Shown here: positions 50,757-60,718 of the stretch, in pieces
Layout of the letters: the number at the start of each line of letters is the position of its first letter
Position numbering within the stretch: the first letter of the stretch is position 1
Assembly (NCBI GenBank): GCA_011364985.1
Contig: RDOC01000007.1
Span: 1,495 to 65,494, forward strand
Direction: 5' to 3'
Length of the DNA: 64,000 nucleotides
From: Candidatus Thorarchaeota archaeon
GTDB lineage: Archaea; Asgardarchaeota; Thorarchaeia; Thorarchaeales; Thorarchaeaceae
The notes under the pieces: generated by a model
What the model saw: only the letters and a program-made list of their open reading frames with translations
Told to the model about the DNA's origin: nothing
Database searches by the model: none
Position numbers and translations under genes: made by a program

Positions 50757-52235
50757 TTGGCGTTGAAGACATTGAAGAAAGCTCATCATCGAGCAGAAGA
50801 TGTTACGCAGAACCTCGGCTCATCTGAGAATGGACCATTGAGTTTCTCCACTCCGTACGACGATGATATTCCAATGACCGAGGATTCGATTGTCAAGTTT
50901 TACATAGATGTCCTAAGAGTCTATCTGGCTCTTTATTCAGGAGAGATCTCACTCCAAGAAGCATTAGCTGCTGTGGAAGTATTACGAAAGCATCCCGAAT
51001 TCATTCGAGCTCCCACAGATCCGACTCTCTTACCAATGAGTGAAGAGCTTGTCAATAAGATCATCGCGAACCTCCAGACACTGAAGAAACTGAATTTGGT
51101 TACAAGAGATGCAATTAGATCTGCTTTCAGTTTCTCCTTCTTATCTCAGGATGCACCTGTTTCCCAATCAGACTTGGACGTCCTTCGGATTCTTGCCGAA
51201 AATGCATTGGAATCACTAGTTGCCATTGGAGAGAAACTTGAACTGAATCCCCGAACTGTGGCTAGGGCCATTGAGCGATTGGAAAACCGTAATAGACTAC
51301 GTTTTAGCTCACACATGGATGCTACTGCTTTTGGCATTCAACCATTCATTCTTTTCTTCTCTCTGGCAGAAGGCGTTAATTGGGATGAGTTTGAAGAGGG
51401 GATTTCCATCTATCCATTTACAAAGAACATCCTCAAGACATCGATGACAGATCTTGGATATATTTCATTCATGATTCCAGGACCACCAAGCAACTACAAC
51501 GCATTTCGGAAACACATCAGTGATATCTCTTCAATTCTCTTTGAATACTCCAGTCTTCACCATCAGGTAGCAATTGGAAACAGCCTATCATTTTCTCATT
51601 TCGACGGAAGTCAATGGAGGTATCCTGATGAGATTGCTGCTGCACTTGACACTGAAAGAGAAATATGCCATGGCGATAATCCCCGTTTGCTTTTCTGTCA
51701 AGGACATAGACGAGGTCTATCACTGGAAGACTATCTAGTCTTGATCGAACACAGGATTGGTGCAAGACAGCCGCCCCGAGTTCTAAGTAGTAGACTTAGA
51801 GCACATGGATGGGATTTAGGAGCCAAGGAGGTCACAAATTCACTAAGGAAATTGAATACGCGCAATATGCTTTTACCATTTATCGCAGTTAGTTTCATTG
51901 GTCTTTCTACAAACTTGTGCTTTGAGATAATCTGCAATGATGAGTGGAGAGAGCGCATTCTCTCTTCCGCCAAGTATATTCCATCTTGTTACTACTATTT
52001 GTCACAGAAGGGGATTATCCTGTGGGCTCATGTCCCCAGTAACCACCAGGTGGATTACTACCAGCTTTTCCGTTCTCTTGCGGAAAATCCAGGAGTGGAA
52101 TCTGTTCAGCCAATAATGACTTTACTTCCCAAGGGGTCCCAATCAGAACTTGAACTGATAAAGAACTGGAAATATAGAAAGCACGGTTGGACCGCTGATC
52201 CCATGTCTCTAGACCTTACCAATTACTTGCTTTGA
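50757..52235 (+). CDS. Tandem Lrp/AsnC-module protein (paralog-like neighbour)
   Basis: Lrp-like HTH+RAM unit at DLDVLRILAENALESLVAIGEKLELNPRTVARAIERLENRNRLRF..; a second such unit sits further C-terminal (..LRKLNTRNMLLPFIAVSFIGLS..). 4 nt from the previous gene. Confidence 0.45.
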   Translation: MALKTLKKAHHRAEDVTQNLGSSENGPLSFSTPYDDDIPMTEDSIVKFYIDVLRVYLALYSGEISLQEALAAVEVLRKHPEFIRAPTDPTLLPMSEELVNKIIANLQTLKKLNLVTRDAIRSAFSFSFLSQDAPVSQSDLDVLRILAENALESLVAIGEKLELNPRTVARAIERLENRNRLRFSSHMDATAFGIQPFILFFSLAEGVNWDEFEEGISIYPFTKNILKTSMTDLGYISFMIPGPPSNYNAFRKHISDISSILFEYSSLHHQVAIGNSLSFSHFDGSQWRYPDEIAAALDTEREICHGDNPRLLFCQGHRRGLSLEDYLVLIEHRIGARQPPRVLSSRLRAHGWDLGAKEVTNSLRKLNTRNMLLPFIAVSFIGLSTNLCFEIICNDEWRERILSSAKYIPSCYYYLSQKGIILWAHVPSNHQVDYYQLFRSLAENPGVESVQPIMTLLPKGSQSELELIKNWKYRKHGWTADPMSLDLTNYLL

Positions 52236-52588
52236 GCTGTTCTACTGCGAATCTCTTGGAGCATCTCCTCTTTCGTCTCTCTACATTTTCCTGTGACGAG
52301 AGGACCAAGAATAATCTCAGTTAGTCCTGATCCTGCTATCTTCTCAAATCTATCCACCATACTGTCTTTACTACCCGTGATGGATAACATCTCCAGCAAA
52401 TCATCATTGACAAGCTCCACTTCCACGTCAGGTTCACCTTGTATCACCGCTTTCTTGAGATTCTTGACCCGCTGTTGGTCAATGTCTAGCATGTCAAGGA
52501 CACCAGATGATGTATCAGCAACTACAATTGAGACAACCTTTTTCGCCCACTTCTCCTTTTCTTCCTTAAAGGTCGGAATGGTTGGCAA
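52223..52588 (-). pseudogene. Possible C-terminal fragment of a luciferase-like (LLM/F420-dependent) oxidoreductase
   Basis: ..GSKDSMVDRFEKIAGSGLTEIILGPL resembles the LLM C-terminal GTPEeVaerleelaeaGvDEliL. Only 121 aa, TTG start. An N-terminal two-thirds is not found. Confidence 0.25.
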
Positions 52589-53159
52589 TCAGGCTACCTT
52601 TTCCACTTCTGCCGGTGCTCTTCCAGCATTGATCGCCGCTTCATTCATACATCCTTTATCGGGCATTTCGGAACCATCGAATCACTTACCAGGCTTCTCT
52701 TTCAATAATCGAAAGACACATTGAGTCGTTAGGTCTCCAGGAGGTTCGCGGTCGTCATCATCAAGCCGATCAGGCAATATCGCAGGTCTACGTTGGTGCT
52801 ATTCCTTCGTCGATTGATACCTTGTCAAGTCATCCTAGTATTGGTCGATATCTGGCTGTCGCCATTGTCAATTTTGTCTTTGGCGAGTCTGTTCCCAATG
52901 ATAGATGGGAATGTTACCTGTCTACCCAATCGTGTATTCAATATGAAACTGAAAGATGCTGAGGATGAACGTGCTTGAGAACTCATGCAGCAGCTTGGCA
53001 GTCCAAGGCATGAAAGAGAGCTGTACTGGTAGATTATTGACATCGTTGCGACTCTTTGTCTACTAAAATGCCCTTGGTGCGCAATCTGTCCATTGGCAGA
53101 GATGTACTCCTCTTCCCAAGAGTGCTCTATCCACTAAGATTAACAGTGCAATACGATTC

Positions 53160-54482
53160 TTGCCCCGATGGGTGTCCTCAATGAAAAACTCTCTCTTTCA
53201 GAGCCTCCCTGATGGCTTTGAATATGGCATTGTTCAAACCGAAGAGGAAATGGACAAGATAATCGAATTCAATGAAGCAATCCACGGAGAAAATGATGCC
53301 TCTACACTTCGACATCTTGTTGAGGAATATCCAGATTTTCGAAAGGAAATGAATTTCTACATTCGAGATACCGACAAGGGAATTATCGTTTCTGCTCTAA
53401 ATGCGATACCAAGTACTTGGGACTATAATGGAATCTTATTGAAGAATCTTGAACTTGGATATGTAGGAACGCATATCGATTACCGGAATCAGGGCCTACT
53501 ACGAGCTCTATATCTATCTCAATTCGAGAATGAACTCTTCAAGGGCAAATATCATATCTCCACAATAATGGGCATACCTTTCTTCTACCGCCAATTCGGC
53601 TATGATTTTATTCTACCCCTATCGCGAGCAGTCATGCTAGATCCTCGAGAGATCCTTAGGACAAATGTAAAGCCCCTGCCTTCGTTTGAGGAGATTGAGG
53701 TTCGTCCTGCCACTCTTCAGGACCTACCTCATATCAAGCAACTGTATAAGGATTTATGCAAGCGTTTCTTGGTCACTGTAAGACGCGACGATTCCTTATG
53801 GACACTTCAAGAAAGGACACACCGAGTTTGGGAACGCAAGTTCGAGACCTTTGTCATGGAAAGGAAGGGTGATATTGAGGGATATTTGCGATTTTCAATT
53901 CGGGACAACCCTAAGGATCACTTTCATAATTCATTGGATGTGATAGAGAGTAGTGTAAGATCCATTGGCGCGGTAAAGAGAACCCTGGATCTTCTTGCGA
54001 AGAAGTGTCAGGAAACTGGGCTTGTTCGCATTCTTCTTCCTGGCACAGATGTCTGTCATCTGTCAAGAGTCGCATTAGACCTTGGCGGAACCATGTCACG
54101 AGGATGGAAGTTTCAAATTCGGATTCCAAACATGCTTCACTTCCTGAAAAGGATACGTCCAGTCTTGCAACGAAGACTAAGACGCACTATCTTCGAAAAT
54201 CTCACTATTGACCTAAAACTCGATATCTATCGCACCTGCTATACTCTGAAGATTGTGCAAGGGAATATTATTGAAGTGACTGAAGATAGAAGACCGCCCC
54301 CTAGTGAATACTTCGGAATCAGGATGCCCCCACGAGATTTTCTTCGACTTGTTCTTGGAGAATACGACTTGGATGAGCTGAGCAATTACAATACTGATTT
54401 CATTGTCGATGGCTTTTTCCGGTTTCTTCTGCGTACACTCTTTCCAAAGCAGGAGAGCTGGATTTCTTACTATTTTGTGTAA
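53160..54482 (+). CDS. Eis-like GNAT acetyltransferase (GNAT + GNAT + SCP2-like architecture)
   Basis: 440 aa. GNAT core RNQGLLRALY, then a C-terminal sterol-carrier-like region. Confidence 0.55.
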   Translation: MPRWVSSMKNSLFQSLPDGFEYGIVQTEEEMDKIIEFNEAIHGENDASTLRHLVEEYPDFRKEMNFYIRDTDKGIIVSALNAIPSTWDYNGILLKNLELGYVGTHIDYRNQGLLRALYLSQFENELFKGKYHISTIMGIPFFYRQFGYDFILPLSRAVMLDPREILRTNVKPLPSFEEIEVRPATLQDLPHIKQLYKDLCKRFLVTVRRDDSLWTLQERTHRVWERKFETFVMERKGDIEGYLRFSIRDNPKDHFHNSLDVIESSVRSIGAVKRTLDLLAKKCQETGLVRILLPGTDVCHLSRVALDLGGTMSRGWKFQIRIPNMLHFLKRIRPVLQRRLRRTIFENLTIDLKLDIYRTCYTLKIVQGNIIEVTEDRRPPPSEYFGIRMPPRDFLRLVLGEYDLDELSNYNTDFIVDGFFRFLLRTLFPKQESWISYYFV

Positions 54483-54514
54483 CAGAGTACCCGAAGATCA
54501 ATCATATCCCACAC

Positions 54515-54898
54515 TCAGTCGAGATCAGGAATTGGAATCTCAATATTGAATTTGTTGCCACAAGGACATGCAGCTGGAATCGTGAACTTGTCAACGGTGT
54601 CAATGCTAATTCTTACCCCCTCCTTTGCTGCTCGGTCAATTAGTGATTGCATATTCGTTGTCATGTACTTCGCGAAGTTCTCAACCAATCCTGGTATTGA
54701 TAGATCGTTAATCCAGTAGACAAAGCTGCCATTGCAATCAGGATTTGGACACTGGCTTAACATGACTCGTGTCTCATCGCCACAATGAGTACACCTCAGC
54801 TCTGAATGATGAAACTCAGGTGCTCTGGGGCACGGCAATTGAAGTTCGTTCTTTCTTCCACAACGGTAGCAGTAGTATCTAAGACCAACCTCATTCAT
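54515..54898 (-). CDS. Hypothetical Zn-ribbon protein
   Basis: CYRCG..CTHCG..CPNPDC..CPCG pairs. Confidence 0.4.
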   Translation of the reverse strand: MNEVGLRYYCYRCGRKNELQLPCPRAPEFHHSELRCTHCGDETRVMLSQCPNPDCNGSFVYWINDLSIPGLVENFAKYMTTNMQSLIDRAAKEGVRISIDTVDKFTIPAACPCGNKFNIEIPIPDLD

Positions 54899-55309
54899 TG
54901 AATCTGCACCACAAGTACTGCAAGAAACACATTGAATAAAATATGTGCATGTTACTGCTCAATCATACTCGAATATCTTCTTTCATCTTGAAGTTTGTAG
55001 GTTCTAATAAGGTAAGATACGACCCTAACTGTGAGAAGGTGACTATGATTTGCAAGTAGTTCGTCCGCGATCGAGTTTACTCTCTCTGCTAATCGTATTC
55101 TTGGGAGAAAACTTCGAGAACAAAGCTGGAAGCTGTTCACACTGTGGAAGCTCTATTCCCCGCTGTGGAAGAGTCTATAGAATAAACGATGCTTGGATTT
55201 GTGTAGACTGCGTCATTAATCGCATCCATGGCAACTGAGTATTGAGAACTGTCTAAGCCCAAGAGTGAAAAGCAGGTATTGCAATCATAGTGATGATTAG
55301 GTGAATACA

Positions 55310-56077
55310 ATGAAGCGTAGGATTCAGCCTCATCTCAGAATTGGCGAGGGTGACGTTGAAGATGTCGTCATTATTACAGGCAACCCAGATAGAGTGCCAG
55401 TCATTGCCTCAAAGATGAAAAATGGCGAAGAAGTCGCTCATTATAGGGGCCTTGTCACCTACAAGGCGTACACTCCTAAGGGAATTCCCGTGACAATCTC
55501 CAGTACTGGAATGGGTACTCCTTCGACGCATATTTGCATTGAGGAATTGGCGAATCTTGGAATGGATGTCTTGATTCGAATTGGATCCTGCGGAGGAATC
55601 GATCCAAAGGTCAAGACGGGTGATGTTGTTGTGCCCACGGCAGCAGTCCGCGATGATCGTGCAGGGCTCAACTATGTTCCAATTGAGTATCCTGCGGTCG
55701 CATCTCCTGTCTGGTCAATTGCTCTCCACGATGAAATCTCCAAGCTTTTGCCTTCGGACAGAATCCACATGGGAATCTGCTGGACAAGTGACGTCTATTA
55801 CATGAATCCCAACAACAATCCCCTTGATATGTGGACCCGCGCCAATGTAAAATGTGTCGAAATGGAAAGCTCCCTTCTCTTTGTTTTTGCATCAACCCGT
55901 GGTATTGACGCAGCTTCGATACTTGGATGTGATGGAAACCTTCATGGCACACAGAAGGGCGAACAAGAAGATGTTTCAGAGGAAAGTGGTGAACAAAATC
56001 CATTGCTCATAGAAGCAATTGAGAAGGAGATTATTGCCACAACAAGCGCCATAGACAGGCTTCGAGGAAAGGAATGA
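55310..56077 (+). CDS. PNP/UDP family nucleoside phosphorylase
   Basis: ..RIGSCGGI.., ..ISSTGMGTPS.., VEMES motifs of phosphorylase family 1. Confidence 0.75.
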   Translation: MKRRIQPHLRIGEGDVEDVVIITGNPDRVPVIASKMKNGEEVAHYRGLVTYKAYTPKGIPVTISSTGMGTPSTHICIEELANLGMDVLIRIGSCGGIDPKVKTGDVVVPTAAVRDDRAGLNYVPIEYPAVASPVWSIALHDEISKLLPSDRIHMGICWTSDVYYMNPNNNPLDMWTRANVKCVEMESSLLFVFASTRGIDAASILGCDGNLHGTQKGEQEDVSEESGEQNPLLIEAIEKEIIATTSAIDRLRGKE

Positions 56078-56186
56078 GCAAATCGACAGGTAAAATCAGC
56101 AATCATCTCTCGTAAGTGAGGAAACGGGATTGGCTTCCGAAGAAAGCGAAACCAGTGGCTCAAAAACAACTAGGTCATATACCATT

Positions 56187-56774
56187 ATGAAGGCTGATAC
56201 CCAAGAGGCTCTTGAGCTCGCTAAGAAGTGGTGGTCAAATCGAAGCGTTCCAAGCTATGTAAGCGTCAGGCGATTGGACAAGGAGCGCCTGACCGAGTTT
56301 GTTGAGGTCTATAATCGATGTTTCATTGCTTCTCCTGATCCATTCTGTCCTCTGACTAACGAACAGGCGGCACATTTAGATACTGAGGGTATCTTTATTG
56401 CTGATCTTTGGGGACAGATAGCTGGATTCATTGCATGTTTTGTTGAGAGGAGACAAATGTCTGTTTTTGGCGAGATAACCGGGATTGGAGTTCTGCCTAG
56501 TAGAAGAAGAAGAGGTATTGCTACAGCTCTCATCCAGCGGGCCGTCGAATACTTTCTTGCTGCTGGTGTTGATGAGGTGTACTGCGAGGTATATGAAAAG
56601 AATATCCCCTCACAGATGCTGATACTGGCTTACGGTTTCAAGGAAGTGGGTCGTCGATCAGTCCCTATTGTTTCTTCACTGGAAGACCCGGAAACAGACC
56701 TGCCAGGTGGGAAGATAATGAGACGGTTAGGATTGAGACCCCGCCCCGGCTGCGAAGGATGTAGAGATCTCTGA
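56187..56774 (+). CDS. GNAT family N-acetyltransferase
   Basis: Motif A ..GVLPSRRRRGIATALI... The track ORF starts at 56130; I take the ATG at 56187 as the likely start. Confidence 0.65.
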   Translation: MKADTQEALELAKKWWSNRSVPSYVSVRRLDKERLTEFVEVYNRCFIASPDPFCPLTNEQAAHLDTEGIFIADLWGQIAGFIACFVERRQMSVFGEITGIGVLPSRRRRGIATALIQRAVEYFLAAGVDEVYCEVYEKNIPSQMLILAYGFKEVGRRSVPIVSSLEDPETDLPGGKIMRRLGLRPRPGCEGCRDL

Positions 56775-56834
56775 CCCAAAGTGAAGTTTTAATAGTTGAC
56801 ATCTGGAGTCTAATTAAGAAAATATGATCTTGGC

Positions 56835-58091
56835 ATGAATAGCTGCATTTGTTGGAGGAGACCAACCGATTTGCTTTATGATGTAGTAGTTGTCGGAGCA
56901 GGTCCTGCCGGAGCAATAGCGGCATATGACTGCGCCAGAGCCGGCTTGAGAACACTTCTTCTTGAGAAGTATCAATTACCAAGGGAGAAGCCCTGTGGTG
57001 GCGCGGTTATGTATAGAGGCCTTCGTATATTGCAAGGGAATATTCCCTCTAGGCTAATTGAGCAGAAAATACACGGCCTCAGATTCAAGCTTCCAAGTGG
57101 CGAATCGGCAGAGTTCACTTCGGACAAGCTAATCGGAATTACGGTCTTCAGAGACCGTTTTGATGAGTTCCTAGCTCGCCGAGCAGAGGAAGCTGGTGCT
57201 GAGCTATTGGAAGGAACCCGAGTCACTAATGCATCTGTTGATGAAAGAATCGCCTCCGTAGAAATCAAGAAAGGAGGAACCTATAAGGCCAAAATCTTGA
57301 TCGGTGCCGATGGTGTCAATTCCGTTGTGGCAAAATCCCTTAAGCTTCGTCCAGAACGGAAGAATCTTTGTCGTGTTGGTCTTGGAATGGAGTCTGATTT
57401 TCATGTTGGCGAGGAAGGAGTCATAAAAGCTACAAATGGCAACCCTTCAATATTAGAGATACTCCCGGTGGAAGGACGTGTTTCTTATGGTTGGATATTC
57501 CCCAAACGTGAGCGCCTCGCTATCGGAATAGCCGGTGCAGCGGCACAGATGTATCCTCTTAGACCCTCTTTCGAGCATTTCTATAGAGACCTAGAGAACA
57601 GATTCGGAATGAAGCTCACCCCAGAAAGACGTCGGACTCATTTCTTGGGAGCTGACGGAGTGACCAGTGTGAATGTCACAACTAGGGCACTCCTTGTGGG
57701 TGATGCAGCTGGCTTTGTGGATCCAATGATGGGGGAAGGGATTGCCTATGCGATGCAATCTGGAGTCTACGCAGCTCAGGTGGCCGCTGCTGCAATAGAA
57801 GCTGACCGATACGATTCTGAGTTTCTTGAGTCCTATCAGCATCTCTGTGTGGATGAGTTTGGTGACAATTTCCAAATGGCTGAGTGGGCAGGTCTTCGAG
57901 GAACCTCTTTTGCGGAGTTCGTACTGACAAGGGCAAGGGGTCATCCTCTCGCCTCTGATATAATGACAAAACTTGCAAGAGGCGAGCTTGGATACTCACG
58001 CATCCCTTACTACGTCCTTAGGAAGCTTCCAAGGGAGCTGCCTGGAATAATTCAGAGGATTGTGCTTTCAAGTATTAACACATCGAGTTAA
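56835..58091 (+). CDS. Geranylgeranyl reductase family FAD-dependent oxidoreductase (second paralog)
   Basis: DVVVVGAGPAGAIAAYDCARAG, GDAAGFVDPMMGEGI. Confidence 0.8.
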   Translation: MNSCICWRRPTDLLYDVVVVGAGPAGAIAAYDCARAGLRTLLLEKYQLPREKPCGGAVMYRGLRILQGNIPSRLIEQKIHGLRFKLPSGESAEFTSDKLIGITVFRDRFDEFLARRAEEAGAELLEGTRVTNASVDERIASVEIKKGGTYKAKILIGADGVNSVVAKSLKLRPERKNLCRVGLGMESDFHVGEEGVIKATNGNPSILEILPVEGRVSYGWIFPKRERLAIGIAGAAAQMYPLRPSFEHFYRDLENRFGMKLTPERRRTHFLGADGVTSVNVTTRALLVGDAAGFVDPMMGEGIAYAMQSGVYAAQVAAAAIEADRYDSEFLESYQHLCVDEFGDNFQMAEWAGLRGTSFAEFVLTRARGHPLASDIMTKLARGELGYSRIPYYVLRKLPRELPGIIQRIVLSSINTSS

Positions 58092-58107
58092 AAGGTTCAT
58101 AGGACAT

Positions 58108-59148
58108 ATGCTAGGCAGTGGTCCCAAGATGAGTTCATTGCATGCCATACTACTGCTATTTTTGTTGCTTCCGTTGGGAGGTTTCAGAAGCCAGCAAGTG
58201 GACTATTCGCCTGTTTTTGACGGATCCAGTGCCTATTCCTACATCATACAGCAATGCGAATTTGGACCGAGGCCTCCGGGTTCAGAGAATCTTAGTGAAT
58301 GCAGGGAATTTATGATTCAAACATTGGAGGCCTTTGGCTGGATAGTTACCATGCAGAACTTCATCTTTGATTCTATTGAGTGTGTCAACATAATTGCGAA
58401 CTATGGATTCGAGCCAAACGTGTCTGTGATTCTTGGTGCTCATTATGATACTCGACCAAATGCAACAGAGGACCCAGAAAACACAAACACTCCCATTCTG
58501 GGAGCCAATGACGGTGGTAGTGGTACTGCAGCTCTTCTGGAACTATCCCATACTATACCTGAGGACCTCCGTCCCAAGATAGAATTAGTTTTCTTTGATG
58601 GGGAGGACTCTGGAGATATTGATGTCAACAACACCGGTACTAAATGGCCATGGATTCTGGGGTCCACCTACTATGTGGATCAACTGTCGGCCAATGAGAT
58701 CCAATCGACCAGTGCCATGATTCTTCTCGACATGATTGGTGATGAGCGTCTCCGACTTCCGCGCGAAATCACATCAACAGACTCCCTTCAGAATGCAGTG
58801 TGGGCTGTTGCAGACCAGCTTGGCTATGGCAACATATTCCTTGATGAGTTTGGTGGAGCTGTTATGGATGACCATAAGCCATTCCTTGATGCTTCAATTC
58901 CTGCTCTCGATATTATTCAAACTCCATTTCCCTCCTCTTGGCATACCCTCAACGATACGCCCGAACGATGTAGCGCTGATAGTCTTAATGCCGTTGGAGA
59001 AGTCGTTGAGGCCTTTCTCGTAAGCCATCTTGGAACAGATACGACTTTTGCTCCTGACACTCCTCTATTGCTCTATATTGGCTTGCTGGCTATTCCAATC
59101 ATGATTATTGTCTTGGTCTATGATCGGTATTCTCGAAATCGTGTCTAA
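58108..59148 (+). CDS. M28 family metallopeptidase / glutaminyl-cyclase-like, secreted with C-terminal TM anchor
   Basis: Signal-like LHAILLLFLLLPLGG. GAHYDTRP, GANDGGSGTAALLE, FFDGEDSG zinc-ligand motifs. C-terminal hydrophobic helix. Confidence 0.7.
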   Translation: MLGSGPKMSSLHAILLLFLLLPLGGFRSQQVDYSPVFDGSSAYSYIIQQCEFGPRPPGSENLSECREFMIQTLEAFGWIVTMQNFIFDSIECVNIIANYGFEPNVSVILGAHYDTRPNATEDPENTNTPILGANDGGSGTAALLELSHTIPEDLRPKIELVFFDGEDSGDIDVNNTGTKWPWILGSTYYVDQLSANEIQSTSAMILLDMIGDERLRLPREITSTDSLQNAVWAVADQLGYGNIFLDEFGGAVMDDHKPFLDASIPALDIIQTPFPSSWHTLNDTPERCSADSLNAVGEVVEAFLVSHLGTDTTFAPDTPLLLYIGLLAIPIMIIVLVYDRYSRNRV

Positions 59149-59204
59149 AAGGTCATACACACTTTTAACAGAAGAACACAAGGATTAATACAGAAACTCT
59201 TCTC

Positions 59205-60110
59205 ATGGTGATATCTTTGACCATAGGTACCCTCTATAGACCAAGTGCGGCAGCACCATCTCCTATCACATCTCTGTCGGTCGACAAGAGAGGGAAGACA
59301 ATTGCCTGTGGGACAATGGATTCTGACATACTTCTGCTTGATGCAACTTCAGGAAGACCAAAGCGAGCTCTGAAAGGGCACGAAGCAATGGTATCATCCG
59401 TGACATTTGCAAAAGGCGGAAAATCGATTCTTTCCGCTAGCTGGGATCACACAACACGTAAATGGACCGTGCACGGCGCTGACAAAGCGGCTTCTCCAAT
59501 AAAACACAAAGCAGAAGTTAAGCTCGTGGTCGTCGACGATTCTTCATCGAGAGGCGTATCGGGAGCCAGAAATGGTGTAATAAAGCTCTTTTCTGTCGAT
59601 TCACTTCGTTGCTTCCGGATTATTCAGGCCCATAGAAATGACATCTCTGGACTAGCCTTTGGCCATGACAGTTCTACTCTCGTAACATCTTCTTGGGATG
59701 GCGAATGCAAGTTATGGGACTTGACCAATTATGAGATGATTCAATCCCTTGTCAGACTGAAGGAACGAATCCGATCGTTGGCTCTATCCCCGGATGATTC
59801 CCGCTTCTACTTAGGACTTCACAGCGGAAGAATTCTCTCTATTGATTTTGCAGATGAGTGCAAAGTGACGAAGCTGAAAGGTCATGAAGACATCGTGACA
59901 TCATTGGCTTTGAATCCATCTGGGACAATGCTCGCTTCAGCAAGTTGGGACCGGAAAATCAAGATTTGGTCGACTAGCACAGGAAAAGAAAAGGCACAAA
60001 GGCGACTGCTCACTGGAGCTTCATGTATTGCTTGGACTCCAGATGGTTCTGCAATCTTCGCATCCGATTTCTCAGGGGCTATTCTAAATTGGCCCTTTGA
60101 AAGAAAATAG
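59205..60110 (+). CDS. WD40-repeat protein
   Basis: Repeated GH..V.S..F..DG..L.S.S.D..I.IW-type units (WD dipeptides ASWDHT, SSWDGE, ASWDRK). Confidence 0.8.
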   Translation: MVISLTIGTLYRPSAAAPSPITSLSVDKRGKTIACGTMDSDILLLDATSGRPKRALKGHEAMVSSVTFAKGGKSILSASWDHTTRKWTVHGADKAASPIKHKAEVKLVVVDDSSSRGVSGARNGVIKLFSVDSLRCFRIIQAHRNDISGLAFGHDSSTLVTSSWDGECKLWDLTNYEMIQSLVRLKERIRSLALSPDDSRFYLGLHSGRILSIDFADECKVTKLKGHEDIVTSLALNPSGTMLASASWDRKIKIWSTSTGKEKAQRRLLTGASCIAWTPDGSAIFASDFSGAILNWPFERK

Positions 60111-60123
60111 AATATGCAGAATC

Positions 60124-60675
60124 CTACTCTTTTGCCTGTATGTCAATGTCCGCGTATCCTTGCTTATTCCATGTAATTCTGATTCTTCCAAGCATAGAGG
60201 CATTCTTCGAAAGTGCCAACAATTCATCTGCATTCTGATTCCTACTACGCTTATCGAATGGTATTGGCAGCTCAGAGTTGTTGGAGACTCGTACTGCCAA
60301 GCCCTTTTCATCAACGGAAACCAAGGGATGACTTAGTATCATTTTACCTAGTCTAAAGTAGGCGGTTCTTCCTCGCATAGTTCGAATGGTTCTTGCCATC
60401 CGACGGTGTCTTCCAACTTCGCTCCTTGCAGTCTTCACCACATCTCTCAGATACTCTGGTCGCGAATCGAATCGGGTTGAAAACAACGCCTCTACAACTT
60501 CGATGGCCTTCTGTTCCTTCGTGATGTGTTTCTGCATGATGACTTTGATCACGTAGTTTGTACTGGATGCATACTTCTCAAGTTCTTCTTGGAGGATAAG
60601 CTGCTTCTCTCGAGTGAGGGCGACACTTGTCAGTTTCAGAATCCTCATTGCGGAGTCAGACATTTGCTTCCACAT
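60124..60675 (-). mobile_element. Truncated TnpB-like (IS200/IS605 OrfB) N-terminal fragment, 183 aa
   Basis: ILKLTSVALTREKQLILQEELEKYASSTNYV resembles the OrfB N-terminal L.PT.EQ..L....RfvYN motif. Ends where the RuvC-I GIDLG would begin. No RuvC/Zn-finger part downstream. Confidence 0.3.
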
Positions 60676-60718
60676 CGATTCTCATATGAGCTTTCACTAA
60701 TCAATTTACCCACAGGTA

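Noticed and set aside
60124-60675. Interpreting the 183-aa ORF as a HEPN toxin partner of the adjacent NTase
   Set aside because: No R-x4-6-H motif in the protein. The N-terminal similarity points to TnpB.
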